IMG/VR virus record: IMGVR_UViG_3300032373_001170
Location: 1-64,000 of that record
From: a virus
Taxonomy: Duplodnaviria > Caudoviricetes
DNA length: 64,000 nucleotides
Reading direction: 5' to 3' (one strand)
In this document: piece by piece, positions 62,431 through 64,000 of the stretch
Position numbering within the stretch: position 1 is the stretch's first letter
How the letters are laid out: each line of letters starts with the position of its first letter
Made by a program: the position numbers and the translations under genes
The notes under the pieces: generated by a model
Told to the model about the DNA's origin: nothing
The model's database searches: none
What the model saw: only the letters and a program-made list of their open reading frames with translations

Positions 62431-64000
62431 AATCCCGATTTACACCGACCCGACTCAGACTGTTGGTGCTCTTGATCGAATTTCTCAGGCGATTGAAAAA
62501 ACTGGTCAAGAAGGGAAGAAATTTGCGGAAATTGATTTTTCACACCCTGAGCTACAACAATTCGCAGAAGATGCAAAACAGCTGCAATCAAATTTTGAAG
62601 AGCTTCTTAAAGTTGGTCGCGGTGGAACAGCTGCAGCTATTAGGGCTGGAGAGTATGAGGATGTTTTTGACTGGAATCAGGGGAACAAAAAACAATTTCC
62701 TAACGAAAATGAGCGCATCCGCCATCAGCGCGATGTAACAAATTACGTTTCTCAAGGCACTAGTTTTGAGAAAAAGTCGGAAGAAAACCAGGGTGGTGGA
62801 TTTATGTCTTCACTGCCTTTGCCTGGAATGGGAGGGCTTCTCAAGTGGGCACTTGGAATTGCTGGAATAACAAAAGCTACCAGCATGATCTCAGAAGGCG
62901 TTCAGTCCGCTCAGCAAGAAGCTACCGGAATTGATACGCTCAGTCGTGCCACTAATGATCTAGCCGGTGATTTTAACTCTTTAAAAAATGATGTTCGCGC
63001 AGTCGGTAGTGGGTTGCAGCTCACGTACAACGAGTCTATTCGGTTGTCTGGTTTTTACGCTAAGGCATCTGGCCTGAAAGATCACGATAAGATAACTTCT
63101 GAATCACGAGACTCAGCTGCTTTTGCACGTAGCTTTGGGCTTAATCCAGATGCAACGGCAAAGAGCTTTGGGCAAATGCGGTGGATGGGGGCTGGCGGCG
63201 AAGATCGCAAGCAGTTTGCAGTTATGCTGGCTGATGCTATCAACTCCGGTGGTATGTGGGCAAAGGCGGATGAAGTTATCAGCTCTGTAGCGGCGTGGAT
63301 CCAAGAGTCAGAGGGAGTCATGGTAAACGCGCCGAATGTTGAAGGTTATCTCGCTGCTCAATCCGCAATGAATGCGTCAAATCAACCGGGGTTGCAAGGA
63401 GCGGCAGGCGCGACTGTCCTTTCTCGTCTCGATACTGGCGTCAGGCAGCCAGGCTTTGGGGAAGCTGGCATGAATTTCATGTGGAGAGCGCTGTCTCGGG
63501 GTGGAAACGCAGACCCATCATCCAGTGAAAATGATCTCGATCCATTTCAATTACGATACCTTTTGGAAGAGGGGGCCTGGGGAAGCAGGAGCTCGGCTTT
63601 TGGAAGCATGGATATCGGTCTCTCAGGGAGTGAGACGAATTTTGAAAAAATCATGAACGAAATGAATCTTCGGTACGAGGGGCGAAGCCCCATGATGAAA
63701 GCGGACGCTCTCTCCAATTTGCTTGGGCTTAGTATGCATCAATCGCTTGCCTTATCGAATATGGATCCATCTAGCTTTGGATCGTTAGGGAAGATGCTTA
63801 AAGATTCGAATGTCGATCTTAAAAGCCTGAATATGACCGGCTTGAAGGAGATGGGGAATATCGATAAGGGTAGCCATGCAGATTTGATAGGCATGAGGGA
63901 CAGCTTAATCAAGGACGACCGCTTGCGCCAGTTTGAAGTGGGCAGTCTAGAGCGTGCAGAAACAAAAGAAGAGCTGAAGCAGGCTTTAATAAAAATCACC
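62420..64000 (+). CDS. Tape measure protein (5' part, runs off the window)
   Basis: ATG 62420 (MSVRIPIYTDP..), apparently open to the end; Ala/Gly/Ser-rich helical sequence after the chaperones. Confidence 0.8.
   Translation, partial: MSVRIPIYTDPTQTVGALDRISQAIEKTGQEGKKFAEIDFSHPELQQFAEDAKQLQSNFEELLKVGRGGTAAAIRAGEYEDVFDWNQGNKKQFPNENERIRHQRDVTNYVSQGTSFEKKSEENQGGGFMSSLPLPGMGGLLKWALGIAGITKATSMISEGVQSAQQEATGIDTLSRATNDLAGDFNSLKNDVRAVGSGLQLTYNESIRLSGFYAKASGLKDHDKITSESRDSAAFARSFGLNPDATAKSFGQMRWMGAGGEDRKQFAVMLADAINSGGMWAKADEVISSVAAWIQESEGVMVNAPNVEGYLAAQSAMNASNQPGLQGAAGATVLSRLDTGVRQPGFGEAGMNFMWRALSRGGNADPSSSENDLDPFQLRYLLEEGAWGSRSSAFGSMDIGLSGSETNFEKIMNEMNLRYEGRSPMMKADALSNLLGLSMHQSLALSNMDPSSFGSLGKMLKDSNVDLKSLNMTGLKEMGNIDKGSHADLIGMRDSLIKDDRLRQFEVGSLERAETKEELKQALIKIT

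Larger units (their letters stand above)
1..64000. mobile_element. Temperate tailed phage (prophage or phage genome), contractile tail, incomplete at the right end
   Basis: Integrase/excisionase, cI-cro-cII switch, replication, terminase, portal, capsid, sheath, tube and tape measure genes occur in phage order; no host genes seen. Confidence 0.95.

Noticed and set aside
1-64000. tRNA, rRNA, IS elements or attL/attR
   Set aside because: No cloverleaf, transposase or att duplication was recognised by eye; the att site would lie left of position 1; tRNAscan was not run

Overview
The whole window reads as one large temperate tailed phage, probably a myovirus of a Proteobacterium. No host housekeeping gene or att site is visible, so prophage versus free phage genome cannot be decided. 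Left to right it contains: a tyrosine integrase and DUF4224 excisionase; a leftward early operon (small ORFs, SbcD/SbcC-like nuclease-ATPase, gp3/RDF-like protein); a lambdoid switch (cI-like repressor without peptidase domain, cro-like, cII-like); a replication initiator and DnaC-like loader; a long rightward accessory region (VRR-NUC, metallopeptidase, SSB, beta clamp, ASCH, DUF5131, GIY-YIG); GpA-type terminase and portal; a probable fibre/decoration block; MuF; an InPase-HAD fusion; a DarB-like methylase-helicase and a second giant SNF2 helicase; prohead protease, scaffold and major capsid; neck genes; sheath, tube and chaperones; and a tape measure gene that runs off the right end. The most notable signal is two arrays of integron attC-like hairpins (about 1.8-3.8 kb and 23.7-26.9 kb) that bracket ordinary phage genes. 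Six of six intact gene segments have perfectly complementary 7-bp ends, the footprint of cassette integration. The sites appear inverted relative to the genes, and no IntI is present in the window. Other signals are a late-promoter motif (GTCGTGA-N3-[-10]), a KS/KA motif shared by putative head-packaged enzymes, a copy of the capsid N-arm inside the protease, and a candidate -2/+1 tail chaperone frameshift. All family assignments come from motif recognition by eye, not from database searches.
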